Positions 42,995 through 57,860 of a DNA stretch of 64,000 nucleotides are shown in pieces. Each line of letters starts with the position of its first letter. The first letter of the stretch is position 1. Source of the stretch: the human T2T-CHM13v2.0 reference genome, Homo sapiens; NCBI RefSeq assembly GCF_009914755.1, contig NC_060941.1. One strand, written 5' to 3'. The position numbers and the translations under genes were made by a program. The notes below the pieces were generated by a model. The model saw nothing but the letters and a program-made list of their open reading frames with translations. It did no database searches and was not told where the DNA came from.

Positions 42995-43830
42995 AGAATG
43001 GATGGATGGGTAGATGGCAAATGGTGGGTCATGGTGGGTGGTGAGTGGGTGGTGGATGGTAGATAGGTGAGTGGCAGTTGAGGTGGATGGTGGATAGTGA
43101 ATGGGTGGATGGGATGGATGATTGGATGGATGGGTGGATAAGTGAATGGGTGAATGGTAAGTGGTGGGTGGTGGATGGGTGGATAGTAGATGGGTAGGTG
43201 GATGGTGACTGATGGATACTGCATGATGGATGGGTAGGTGGTGGATTTTGTATGGGTGGATAGTGGATGGTGAATAGGTGGATGGGTGGATAGATGAATG
43301 GTGGGTGGACAGATGGGTGAGTGGGTGGGGGGGTGGATGGAGAGTGATGAGTGAATAGGTAGATGGATGGATGGGTGGATGGTGAATAGTGGATGGGTGG
43401 ATGGATGGGTGGGTGGGTGGATGGATGAGTGGGTCGGTGGGTGGATGGATGGGTGGATGATGGGTGGTGGATGGATGGGTGAATGAATGGGTAGATGGAT
43501 GGATGGGTGGATGGTGAATAGTGGATGGATGGGTAGGTGGGTGGATGGATGAACAGATGGGTGGGTGGATGTTAGGTGGTGAATGAATGGGTGGATGGAT
43601 GGATGGGTAGATGGTGAATAGTGGATGGTGGGTAGGTGGATGGGTGGGTGGGTGAGTGGATGAATAGATGGGTGGGTGGGTAGGTGGATGGTCGGTGGTG
43701 AATGAATGGGTGGATAGATGGATGGGTGGATGGTGAACAGTGGATGGGTGGAAGGATGGGTGGGTGGGTGTATGGATGAATGAATGGGTGGGTGGATGAA
43801 TAGGTGGGTGGGTGGGTGGTGGGTGGATGG
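42995..43830. repeat. About 830-bp (TGGA/TGGG)n repeat following an L2 3' end
   Basis: atacctagcatgcattaagtgcttactaattattt...gaatggatggatggg... runs. Confidence 0.95.
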
Positions 43831-44559
43831 ATCTTGTGACACCCCGTTGCATCTTCAGCAACTCCTAGAAAATCAGGTCCAAAGTAACAGCCTCCCCCAC
43901 CCACCGTCAATCTCCATCCCAGCCCCAAAAGACTGAGTGTAGAAGTGACTGGGCTGAAATGGTTGCTGGGTGGTCACCGAGCCAGAGCAAAGCACAGGGA
44001 AAGGCTGAGGGAGACCCGAAAAGCCTAAGAATGCCCAGCTCTCACATACACAGGGATACTTTGCGAACTGCAGAGCAGAGAACCCATGCAGGTATTCATG
44101 CTTCATTCGCCATCCCACTGCAAATGAAGTGCCCTCCCTGTCCTGCTGGCGGAAGGTGTGAGAGGGCAACCACTTTACTTCTCCTTGACTGTAGCCTCAG
44201 GACCAGTCAGAACAGGTACTCAAGAAACAGCAATTTCATTTTTATGTTTACCAGGACGGTGGGCACCTAATGAGCAGCTACTGCCCACCCGACCATGGCG
44301 TGTCCAGGAACATTGAAGAATACGCACTCCAGGGATCATGGGGTTCAGTGACTTATGTTCCAGCACCAACTCCCCACATCTAAGCCTGCCAGCCAGTGCT
44401 GTCACAGCAACCTCACCTCACCACAGCCAGAACACTCGTGGCGGGAAGCCGTTCAGTCTCCATCCACAGATGCCCCCACCCACTTCCCCACCCATGACAG
44501 CACGGCCAGCGCGAGAGCTGCAGCTGCAGGTGCTTCCCGAGCTTCAGCCTGTCACTGGG

Positions 44560-44740
44560 TGGCATGCGGAGGACTTCACCTGCGTCCTCTCCTTTTCTCA
44601 GCTGCCCCAGGGGGTAGGAAGGATGCTTGGTCCCATTTCACAGTTGGGGAAACGGAAGCTCATGGGGATTCAATAACTTGTCCAAGACCACGTGTGTAAT
44701 AAGAAGTGAAGCCAGCATTTGGACCCCAGCCAACTCTATG
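44560..44740 (-). mobile_element. MIR
   Basis: cccatttcacagttggggaaacggaagctc...taacttgtccaagaccac. Confidence 0.75.
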
Positions 44741-45829
44741 GGCCAGGCTCCCCACCAGACAGAGCTGGGGGCGCCTGGCCTCTCCCACAATCAGCTGCAC
44801 CCTCAAAGGAGGATGTGTTCACAATTCAAACAAATAGACCTTGCACTACAGTGAGTCCAAAAGAGGAGTCTCAAAATCTTTAGAGATTTGGAACAGATGC
44901 TTAGAACTTAGTAAGGTGACTGCTTTGCAAAGGGTCCTTTTGCCATTTTAAAAAAGTCACTACCATGTATGCCCCTGGGGGCTTAAGTTCACCACCGTGC
45001 TCCAAGGGTTCAAAGGGAGTGTCAGGGGTGCCAGAAATAGAGCCCAGCCTTGCCAGGGCTGAGCAGCCGGCAAGCCCAGCTTCCAGGAAGAAACGCTGGA
45101 CAGTCAGCCCTTCCCCAGGCTCTCCAAATCCTAGACCTCCCTCTGCTCCAGTCACCCCCAAGGATTAAGGGTGAGCAGAGACCACCACTGCAGATTCAGA
45201 TGACAGAGAGCAAGGGTCGCCAAACTCAGGAGTCCCCAGAGACACACGAACGAGGCTGACCCCACACCCCAGCTCCACGAGGCCACTGGGTCAGCGCCTT
45301 TCCATCAGCCGATGTCACCGCTGAAACTGAAAAGCGGTGCGTGTTGGTGACAGCAGTGAGTGCCCAGTGTATGCAGACCCCTCGAGGCAAGCACCACCCA
45401 GCTGGGCACTGAAGCAGGTGTCCTCACAGCAAACTCTGCAAAAGGAGCCCTCCCTTCATCCCGGCCCGAGTCACAGAGCAGCAACCAGCGTCCTGAGGGC
45501 AGCCCTCACCTCTTCCCAAGAGAGGGGCACATGAGGGTAGGGACTTAGACCCAAAGCAGGCTCAGGCTCCCGTCCACACCTGTGTCTGGTGGGGACGGGC
45601 AGGAACGCCCAGCAAAGATGTCATCCCTGGCATCAGGGGGAGGGACATTGGGCTTCCCATGCATGGTGCTATGAGTCCCACTGCTGGGTGGGCAGCAGAA
45701 GAGATGGGCAGCGGCCCACACAGCTCACCTCATGGGGACAAGCTAATCACTCCATTCCAAAATGCAAGCTGGCAGCCACTCAGCAGCCACCAAAGGCCAC
45801 CAAAAGGGGCAGACCAGTACGTCTGTGAC

Positions 45830-46375
45830 ATGCATTAGCAAATTCATTAGTGAAATTAATTCTCCCCCTAAACAGCTGAGATTGTGTTAAACAAAGCCTT
45901 GTAGAATGGTTCGTGGACTCCTTTTTTCTTTATTCCTGCCTGCAAGGAATAGCATGCCGGCTGAGACTACTGGGAACCGGGAATGGAAGTCCTGAGCCCT
46001 CACCCGAGTCGGCGGCTTCCCCATCCACACACGGAGCTGAGTGCCTCTAGGGCCAGAGTCCTGTGGCTCTCTCCGCCGTCCATCTCCTCTCTTGAGTACT
46101 TGAGCCTTGTCTTTTTTTCTTCCTCTCCCCTTGAAAAATCAAGTAGCATGCATGTTGGGTTTCGCTGGATGCTAGAGATTAGATTGCATCTGTCTGGATA
46201 TAAATAATTTACTGCTTGATGGTCAGAGGGAATTTAATTAGTTCTTGTTCTCCTGATAGAATCAGCCCACCATTGCTAAAACATTTCACTCCGAATTAGT
46301 CTGAAAGGGGCCAACAAGGCAATGCTAATTTTATACACATGACGTCCCCCGCAGCTTCTGAAAATACACATCCAG
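45830..46375. promoter_or_regulatory. Candidate conserved non-coding element(s)
   Basis: Repeat-free; gcattagcaaattcattagtgaaattaattc, gaatttaattag, gaattag, gctaatttta, near-CRE tgacgtcc. Confidence 0.4.
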
Positions 46376-47699
46376 CACGAAGTACCACCCGGGCTGTTGC
46401 TGCTGCCGCTTCGGTGTCTGGGGGCGCCAGAGAAAGTCCATGGAGGGTGGGCCCCGGCCCCGGCTGGAGATAAGGGAATCGGGGTAGGGGCCAGAACCCT
46501 GCTGCCTGCCACATACAACCTTCTCCTCCCAGCTCCAGATAAAAGGAGCAGGGACCCTAATGACATGATGATCAATGAGTCCACGGGGCCCAGGTAAGGG
46601 GCTCGTACCCACCCCAGGAATCCAGCAGGAAAGACTCGACAGAGCTGTGCTGGGATTTTTTCCCCTCTGCAGAGCACGGCTCTGCTGGACGCCTGCCTCC
46701 CACCTGCCTAGGGAAATCACAGCTCAGATGAAAACCTGGAGATGAGGCCCTGTGCCAGCCAGCACTCGCCCACTGCCTCCGCCTGGCCCCTGCGCAGCAG
46801 CAGAGCGGGCGGGGGGAGCAAGAAGGCCTGGTTTGTCCTGAAGTTCCCTTTAGGAACATTTGAAATGAAGCGGATCTCAGAAAACAAGCCAACAGGATCA
46901 ATAGCCCACAAAAACCACCAACAAAAGGATGTTTTAAAATGTGGGCCAGGTAGCCAACGGGTCTTTGAAAAAAAAAAACAAAAAAACAAGAATCTCTAAG
47001 GAATGTTCAATGAGAAGGAAGAGGATGAACAAGCCAGAGGCTGACTCATCTATTGATCAGACTGTCCCTTCAGAGACAGCGGCCTGGTGAGGCAGGAAAT
47101 GAAACGCCTCGCTTCCGTCTGCAAGGAAAGGGCAGGATCCCTACGCCCCACTGCCCTCAGCAGCCCCTTAGGGGGAAGATGAAGGCAGCCACTTCTCAGC
47201 ATGTTTCTCTCTCTGGCCTACAGCACATTTGATTTCATGGCATGATTTAAAGGAGTGCCTGTTTCACCACAACCTTCCCAGCATTGTGTGTTAGCATTTT
47301 TTAAGTCTTTGCTAACAATCTGGGAAAAGAGGTGTTACGTTGTTGACATTGGTACAGGTTTGATTACTCGTGAGATGAGTTTCCTTTCCATATACTAGAG
47401 GAGTAGAATAGGTCTTCTCTTGCTCTTTTTTCTTGGCACATTCTTTTCCTTTGGAGTTAAACCAATCCATCTTCAGTGCCTTGCCTGAATCCCCCACTGG
47501 CCGGGAGTCTAGGTCTGAGGGCGTCTTGTCGCTATTTGCTTGTGCAATACATGTTCTCCACCCACAGAGCTGGCATTTAATAAATATTTGTTGGGTAAAC
47601 CAGAGGATGGAGTTGAGGAAGTTCTCCCATGAGTCATAAAAGCATTCTTCATATAGACAAAAGCAACAAGAATAATGATTCTAAGAAAAATGTCTCCCA

Positions 47700-47900
47700 T
47701 TAAGTGAGCACTAACTATGCTACGTACCCTATGCCAGGCTGAGTACCCTGCACATTTCATGGTTTTGCTTCCCCACTGTGACACTCAGCCCCAAAACAGA
47801 TGGAGGACCTGCAGCTTCTTTGGGGTCAGTACCTTACCCAAGGTCACACAGCTAAGGAAAGAACCAGCATTTAAATCAGGCAAGGTGGCTTCTGGCTTTG
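47700..47900 (-). mobile_element. MIR
   Basis: tgagcactaactatg...ccttacccaaggtcacacagctaagg. Confidence 0.75.
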
Positions 47901-48219
47901 CCCTGAGCCATCCTGCTCTCCCCGAAGCCCAAACCATCAGGCTCTTTTTGCCATGCAGCTCCCATTTGACTTCCTTTCATTCATTGAACAGTCCTTCCCT
48001 ATGCACTTTGAGCCAGATGAAACAGACAAGGTTCCCAATAGCAGCAAACCCAAAATGGCATTAATCGTGCTGGGAAGAAAACCAGGAGCTGGTGTAGTGG
48101 GAACCTGCCTGAAGGGGCAACATTCTCACCTATTACCTTGGTGAAGGTGGCATCTAGGGATAATGGCCGAGCTGGCCTTGCTGGCTGGTGGGGGCTGGTG
48201 TGCACATCTTAATAGGAGC

Positions 48220-49385
<1,166 letters not shown>

Positions 49386-49429
49386 TAGCACATCTATTTT
49401 TTGGCAATAGAATTCATTTTGGAGTCTTA

Positions 49430-49990
49430 CTTGATTAATCAAAGTCCTTTTAAAGTAGGGCATAAAGATCTTAACATAAGACCCTGGCAGTGCCCTATCT
49501 GAGAAAGGGTAGAGCAGGGTCTCCTCCTTTCTTCTGCAGACAATACTTCTATGAATGCAACCCAAGACCACTCTGCATTTTGGATGCAGCTCTGTCACAC
49601 TGCTGGCTCACGCTACAGCTTGCTAAGTCATACATGCAACCAGCTAGCTCTGTCTCACCATCACAGGCTTGGAGAGCTTGGCTATTTGGACCCCAGTATT
49701 TTGGGTTCTACTAAATTGTATTTTGCTAGCTTCACCCTACCATTCTGACTGTCGAGATATATTTAGATCCTAAGCTTGTCTACGAAGCACTCTCACCAAT
49801 CCTTCCAGCTCCCTGTCATCCTCGGATTTAATAACTCTGCCACCTGCGCCCCATCCGAGACATCAGCAGCCACAAGGAACAGGGAGAAGGTGCTGATAGA
49901 GCCCTATGGCACATCTCTAGAGACCTCCCTCTATGTTTCTTCTACTTGTTAATCAGCTTTCATTTGTTATTCAACCAATTACGAATGATG
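49430..49990 (-). mobile_element. L3/CR1 LINE ORF2 remnant
   Basis: Minus ORF 49374-49598 reads VLGCIHRSIVCRRKEETLLY...PYFKR, resembling the CR1 ORF2 motif ILGCI.RSI.SRSREVI.PLY...PHFK. Confidence 0.75.
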
Positions 49991-50707
49991 AATGAGCCCT
50001 CCCTTTGCGTAAGCACGTCTTGCCATAGTCCCTATTTAAGCCTCACCAGGCTGGGCCTGGGGTCTCCACTCATCCACTGTAAGAAGCGGCCAGCGCTAAA
50101 GAGCCTTCCTCAGTAGCTCCGTCCTTCATCACCATGGTCCTGCAGCTCCAGGGGGACTCTCAGGTGCATGCAGGAAAACTGGTAAGACCAGCTTTGGCCC
50201 AGCACCGCATCCATCCATGTGCTGTGCATCCTGGGGTGGGCCAGGGGACGGGGGAAGAGCTGAGGTCCACAGCAGATCCTAAAGCCAAACCGCCAGAACC
50301 CCAGTCCTTCCATGCTTTGAGGAAAGTCTTGCAATGATGGACAGAATCAGCCAGTGGAGGTGAGGCTGTGCTGGGTCCCCAACAACCCAGGCCACTCCAG
50401 CCAAGATGCTGACCTGCCTGTGGGCCTAGGGCACTGTGGTTGCCCTCAACCCCAGAGGCAGAAGCCTTGCTTGCCACTGTTCATAACCAGTATCTGTGGT
50501 TCATTCGTTCTGTGGGACATCCAGCACCTTCAGCCGAGCATTGCCCCAGAGGGGACACGAGGCAGTTACAATGGCTGGGCCCTGGCACCTGATGGGACAG
50601 GTCCAAGCCCCATCCGGCAAGGCAAGAGTCACCAGCAATTTGCTTCACTTGTTCTTAAGCAAATTACCTGGTTCATGTGCACCTCTGTTCTCTTCTTTGT
50701 AAAATGA

Positions 50708-51430
<723 letters not shown>

Positions 51431-52046
51431 AGGTGACTCCTTGTCCGTACCTCTTAGGGCTGTCGTAAGGATTTGCTGAGATGCTACGTGCCAAGTTCCT
51501 GGCAGGGAAGAGCGATCTTTAACAGAGTCCTTGCTGGGACTCCATCTCCAGGCTCTCCAAGCCAGGGCTAGCCAAGTCAAATCAATAAAGAAAACCCTCT
51601 TTTCTTCCAATTCAACACATTCAGAATTTGAAAATCAATTTGAAATTCATATAAAAGAACCTGCCTGACCTTTACCTCTGCACTGTCTATTAAGAGATGG
51701 TTTGCAGACCAAATCAATGATGTAAAGTCTCCTGGAACCCTTCTAGGATGCTCCCAGAACAGCATGGGTGCCCGCTCTCCAGTGACAGTCACACTGCGTG
51801 TACTTGCGCTGGGTACTTCTTATCTTCCAGAGCAATAGCCTGCTGGAAGGAGTGCGGGCTCACCTTTCCCTCACCCCTGCCAGCCCCCAAGCTGGGGTGA
51901 CACACATCTAGAGTACAAAGACTTTATCTGGTCTTGGAAGCAAACATCCAAGGCCCCCACTAAGCAACACTATGCTGTAAACTCAGTACCGATACCACAA
52001 GCAAGTCCATGTGCTGAGAGAACAGAGAACCGATTCCTTTTATCAC

Positions 52047-52279
52047 ACAGCCTGAGCATCTCAAATCTGAAAATCCAAAATGCTCCAAAATCTAAAACTT
52101 TGTGAGCACTGACATGATGCTCAAAGCAAATGCTCACTGGAGCATTTTGGTTCTTGGATTTTTAGGTTTGAGACACTCAACTGATAAGTATAAAGCAAAT
52201 ATTCCAAAATAAAAAAAAAATCCAAAATCTGAAATACTTCTGGTCCCAACCATTTCAGATAAGGGATATGCAACTGGTA
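52047..52279. mobile_element. Tigger4a/MER46-type DNA transposon
   Basis: tgagcatctcaaatctgaaaatccaaaatgctccaaaatc...ctggtcccaaccatttcagataagggatatgcaactggta. Confidence 0.85.
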
Positions 52280-52789
52280 GGCAAACTTCTGCTGGTTCCC
52301 CTGACTCCCACCACAACTAAAGCTGGGGGTAATGCCCCTTCTTCAATGTTTCTCCAGTGCTGGGGGCCACCCACCCACAGCACCCTCGATACATTCCAAA
52401 GAGGTGATTCCTCCTCATGAGAGCCTGGGAAGACTCAAGAGACCCCCATGCCCTGTATGGTGAAAAAAGGCTAATTTCCCAGCTCCGCCCCCATTTAAAA
52501 AATCCTTCGCTCTGAAGGCGACTGGTTGGCCCATAAGCCAGATTCCTGTGTCCCACTCACCACCACCAAGGGCAAACTGGCCAGACCCCCAGGACCTGCT
52601 CCGTGGAAAGCACCTGAGTCAGCGAGACCCCTGCCGCCCCACCTCCCAGAGCTCCGGACCCAGTGAGGATGTGCTGAGGGGTGATGGGGGCTACCTCCCC
52701 ACTAGATGCTTAGGTATCTGCCTTCTCCTCAACCCACCCACCTTGAGAAATACCCCCACTAGCCTCTCAGGTAGGTTTCTTTATTCTTG

Positions 52790-53330
52790 TTTTAGGGGAT
52801 TTTTTCATTGTGGAAACATCTATAGCAAGAAAAAAAAAAAAACCTTGCCATTTCAAACCATTTTTCAGTGTACAATTCAGTGGCCTTAATTACATATCAA
52901 ATGTTGTGCACCCATGACTATGACCCACTTCCAGAACTTTTCTATCACCCCAAACAGAAACTCCATTCCTATTAAACAATAGCTCCCCACTCCCCCCAAG
53001 CCCTGGCAACCACTCGTCTACCCTCTGTCTGTATGGATTTGTATTCCAGTTATTTCATCTAAGTGGAATCATGCAACGTGTGGCCTTTTGTGTCTGGCTT
53101 CTTTCACTCAGCACATCATTTTTAGGGTTCATCCATGCTGTAGACTGTCAGAGCTTCATTCCCTTCTATGGCTACGCACTATTCCATTGTGTGGATATAC
53201 TACATTTTGTTTGCCCACTCACCTGTTGACGGACATTTGGGCTGTTTCACTATTGTGTGGTGAATGATGATGCAGTGAACATTGGCATACAAGTATCTGT
53301 GTCCTTGTTTTCAATTCCTTTGGGTATATG
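52790..53330 (-). mobile_element. L1MB 3' fragment
   Basis: tgtacaattcagtggc...ttccagaacttt...gtggccttttgtgtctggcttctttcactcagca...attccattgtgtggatatac. Confidence 0.9.
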
Positions 53331-53489
53331 TCAGTAGATTTCTTTAATCTGCCAACCTGCAGATTAAACCTGCAGATTAAATAAATGCTAACGTGCATTT
53401 ATTCCATTTGCTGTTACTTAGCGGGGCCTGCTGCAAACATTGTACCAGATGCAAGATATTCTGGTGGCCAAGGTCAACATCTAAGAGTG

Positions 53490-54230
53490 TTTGGATGGAT
53501 GGAAAGATAGAAAATCGATGGATGATGGATAACAGATGGATGGTGTATGAACAGATGAATTATGGATGGATGGTGAACGGGCAGATGGATAGTAGAGAAG
53601 GAATGGACAGATGGATTATGGATGGATGGATAGGTAGATTATGGATAGATGGTAGATGGATGAATGGCAAATGGACAGATGGATAATAGATGGATGGTAG
53701 ATTGATAGGTGGATTATAGATGGATGGTAGATGGATGGATGGATAGATGAGTTATAGATGGATGGTATATGAACAGATGAATTATGGATGGATGGTGAAT
53801 GGGCAGATGGATAGTAGAGAAGGAATGGACAGATGGATTATGGATGGATGGATAGGTAGATTATGGATGGTAGATGGATGAATGGCAAATGGACAGATGG
53901 ATAATAGATGGATGGTAGATGGATAGGTGGATTATAGATGGATAGTAGATGGATGGATGGATAGATGAATTATAGATGGATGGTATATGAACAGATGAAT
54001 TACGGACAGATGGTGAATGGGCAGATGGATAGTAGAGAAGGAATGGACAGATGGATTATGGATGGATGGATAGGTGGATTACAGATAGATGGTGGATGGA
54101 TGAATGGTAGATGGACAGATGGATAATAGATGGATGGTAGATAGAAGATAGATAGATGGATTATAGGTGGATAGATGGGCAGATGGATAATATATGGAGG
54201 ATGAATGGGTGGACAGATGGATGGACAGAC
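53490..54230. repeat. (GGAT/AGAT)n repeat with a higher-order period of about 220 bp
   Basis: Marker gaacagatgaatta...tagtagagaaggaatggacag at 53549, 53771 and 53989. Confidence 0.95.
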
Positions 54231-55759
54231 ATCACAGCCACGTTGCTCCTCCCTTCCCCCTACTGACTGGCACAGCAGCAGTCTAAGAACTTCTGAGCGG
54301 GCCTGCCTTCATTTGTCTCAAACCTTGTCTGTATCTGAGTAATGTTTCCCACCAACAGTGTTGGCTGCCACTAGCTCTCAAGCCCTCCTGTCCCTTAGGG
54401 TCACCTGGACAGCATTTCCAAAGTGACACTTACAGACCCCACCCCTGGGGACCCTGACTCCACACTCTAGGGTGGAGCTCACAGTCAGTGCTTTTCATGA
54501 ACTCTCGGGTGGCTCAGGGGATCGGCCAGGGCTGGGAACCCCTGATGCAGGGCTCACATCTTTCCAGGAGTGGGCCTGTGGGCCGGGCTGCTTTGCATGC
54601 CTTGCAATAGCTGTGGGTTGCTTTTAAAAAATAGAATGTCATGTCTCAGGAAGGATGAAGAAACCTGTAAACCACAGATAAGAGACTCTTACTGAAGGAT
54701 GAGGGGGGGCCCCCGGGAGAAAAGAATTTTTTATAAAATAGAGTGGCAGGGAGGAGGAGTGAGGCCAAAAATGCTGCAATGAAGTTAATCTATTAGGTAA
54801 TTATTGTAATGCCAGTTCCACGTCCCCGGCCCTGGCCTAGCTGTCATTTAACTCGTTGAAAAGGATGTTTCTCATTACTGGAATTTTACCCTTTGGACTA
54901 ACAATCTGGTAGCATCAGGCATTCAAGATTCTTAAGGAATCCCAGGGTCCCCTAGCATCTCTGGGTTCTTGAAAGAAGTCAGCATTGTGGCTTCCAAATA
55001 TCCCCAAATCAAGAAAATGGCAGAGCCTGCCCTAGAGCCAGCAGATTATGGTCCTTGCTGTACAGCTGACCCCTGAGCAGAGCCCTGACCTGGCCTCTGT
55101 CAAGCCTGGCTAGGACAGGCTACGGCCAGGCCTCCCTCTCCCTTCTGCCTATGCCTGCGGGTGCCATATCCTCTCCACTGCCAGCCCAGAGTCTTCCTCG
55201 AGGCCCCATCATAAAAGAAGTGTCATAAGTGTTTTTCATCTGCTTGGGTGTCCCCACTCCCACCCCCCGCCCCCCCAACCACTCTCTTCCATCACAGAAA
55301 TTCAGATTTAAATGGAAGTGTACCAGGATAATTTGATCAGGTTGTCTTAAACCTGGAGTCTCATATTTGTGATCTACAGTTTTAATTAAGCTTTGAATCT
55401 CCACTGCAGGATCTCACGTTATCTTGCTGCATCGCACCAAGCAAGGGTGGTGGGTCAGGACGCAGCCGACCTGGCCAAGACTGGATGTTCGTGAACTTGC
55501 TGCAGGGGGTCTGGCTTCCTCTTCCTGCTCCTTGAGTAGACTCTAATCCAAGGATCCCTCAAGGAGGGAATGAGGTAGGCAACAGGAAGGCCTGTGGTGG
55601 CGACAATAGAATGGGCAGAAGACTGTGCCTATGAGCACCCCGGGTGTGGCCTGCTCACCTCCCCCCAGCGTCCTATCTCACTGCCGACCCCTCACCTGCA
55701 GGACTTTTGTCATAAGAAGGTGATTTGCTGGGAGCCATCGGGTGCAGACACTACCTGGT

Positions 55760-55925
55760 GCTAAGTATTCTCTCATTTAACCCTCCTGGGCATCCCGAGA
55801 GGCGGGTGTTATTATCACTCCTCCCATCTTATACACGGGGAAACTAAGGCATCAAGAGGCTGTTTGACTTGCCCAGGGTCACACAATTAGGGCAGTGGGG
55901 ACTGGGCTGGGATTCAGGTCCCCCT
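55760..55925 (-). mobile_element. MIR
   Basis: ctcatttaaccctc...ggggaaactaaggc...tgacttgcccagggtcacaca. Confidence 0.8.
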
Positions 55926-56634
55926 GCAGCCTGACACAGAGCCCCTAACACACCTGCTGCCCAGACCATGGTCCATTTGGTGCTCAGACCAGGGCATTCC
56001 CCTGCCCCTGGCAGTGAGTCTTTAGGGCAGCATCGCCCCGCCACCCGGCTTAGCCATCCCTGAACCCACAGTCCTTGGGGCACCTGGAGTGGCTTCTCCT
56101 CAGGCAAGGTCCCTGTGTCCAGGAGCTCATTGTGGCCCCAGTGCCTAACACCCAGCAGGTGCCCACCCACCATGCACACCCATGGATGAAGCCGAGGCCG
56201 ATCCCACCCCTCTTGCCCCTTCTCCCAGACCCCTCCCACCCCAGCTCTGCCCACCAGGCCTCCCTGGTGGATCCTGAAGGCCTTCAGCCCTCTCAACAGG
56301 GTGGGGGGAGGGAGGGGGAAGGGGAGCCAAGCTGAAGGCAGTGGGAGCTGAGCCCTTTCCCCGGAGGTGGCCCCAGGTGAGTACCACAGTCTTAAGTATT
56401 TATTAACAAAGGCAGGAGGGCAGCCAGCCTGTCTGATTACTTTATGGCCTACAGCGGTTTGCAAACGTGCGTGTTTCCCAAGGCTCATTGTCTCACAGCA
56501 AAGACCTGGGGAAGCTCAGCTGCTCATTAGGGCTCTGAGGACCAGAATAATGGCCACGCTGCAGGGACGCAGAGGCTGGCCACCCGTGCTGCCCTGAGGT
56601 GCCTTCCGGATTCCCCACCCACCCTCACCCCATG

Positions 56635-56818
56635 CAGGCTTGCCAAATTTGGCAGATAAGACAGCATAGCCAGTAAAACACTAATTCCAGAGAGAAGACA
56701 AAACAATTATAGGATAAGTATATCCCATGCAATCTTTGGGACACACTCATACTAAGCAATTATTGTGTATCTGCAATTCCAGTTTACCTGGGCGTCCTGG
56801 GTACACCTGGCAGCCCTG
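56635..56818. mobile_element. MER53
   Basis: caggcttgccaaatttggcagataag...taagtatatcccatgcaatctttgggacacact...tatctgcaattccagtttacctgggcgtcctg...ctggcagccct. Confidence 0.75.
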
Positions 56819-57860
56819 CCTCTACGGCACCTGACACCTTTCCTGCTTATGCCTCAGGCATTTCCTCTTCTTTCTGTCCCCTCTCCCTGAAGATTCCCAG
56901 AGGGGCAAGAGCCAAGCCCAGCCACTCTAGAAGTCACCCTCTCCAGAGCGCAGCAGCAGAGCCACTGGAAATACTTCCTCCAAGCCTGAGACAGATGAAA
57001 AGGAGAGAAAGACCAAGGCCACGGGGAACAAAGGCAGAGGGAGCTGGGCATCGAGACTGGGCTCTGGAAGGAGCTGCACGCAGCACTGCATCCACACACA
57101 CACACCTGTGGGACGACTCTGGGCTATGCAGTCCCCAGCCGTGCTTTGAGGCCTTTCAATCTTGCAGGACCTCGTGCAGCCTGGAGGAGGGGCTTCCAGG
57201 CTGAGCACTCGGAGCCCACGGCCCTGGAGACACTCTCTGGTCTGCAGAGGGGCTCCAGGCAAGGAGAGAGGCCCTTCAAGGCTTTCACCCTGACTTCCCC
57301 AGCACGGGAAGAACAGGCACCTGTCCCTTTAACAAGCTCTCTCCATCCTACAGCTGTGACCACTTGATGTGAATGATTGCTGCTGAGAACCTCATCTGGG
57401 ATTTTCCAATGCGATGATTCAAGCCTAGCTGTGTTCAAAAACCTCCCCTTCCGCCTTGCCATCTTCCTCTGGAATGTTCTGTCCCCTCCCCTCCCCCCGG
57501 CATCACCTGCCTCCAATCTCCATCCTACTTGGAGTTTTTCTCTCTGAATCTGCCCGGTGGGGGGAGGGTGCCTAAAGCAGAGCCACGCGGGCACGTTCAC
57601 CAGCTGGAGAAAGACAATGCCTCCTTCTCCTCCCTGGCTCAGGACAACATTCTCTAGGAATAAACTAAACTGCGGAGGTGGGAAACCAGGCGGGGAGGAG
57701 AAAAACAGAAACTCCAGCGTCTCCACCCATGAAGAAGGGGTGCGAGCCCCCAGGGGTGGGCTGCCCACTGGAGAAGGTGGGCTGGCCCTCAAGGGAGCAG
57801 GTCAGCAAGGAAGGGATCCAAAAGGAGAAATCTGAGGGGTTGTTTAAAAAGTCCTCACGG

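Noticed and set aside
42983-43861. H/P-rich ORFs of about 290 aa
   Set aside because: Translation of a (CCAT)n repeat.
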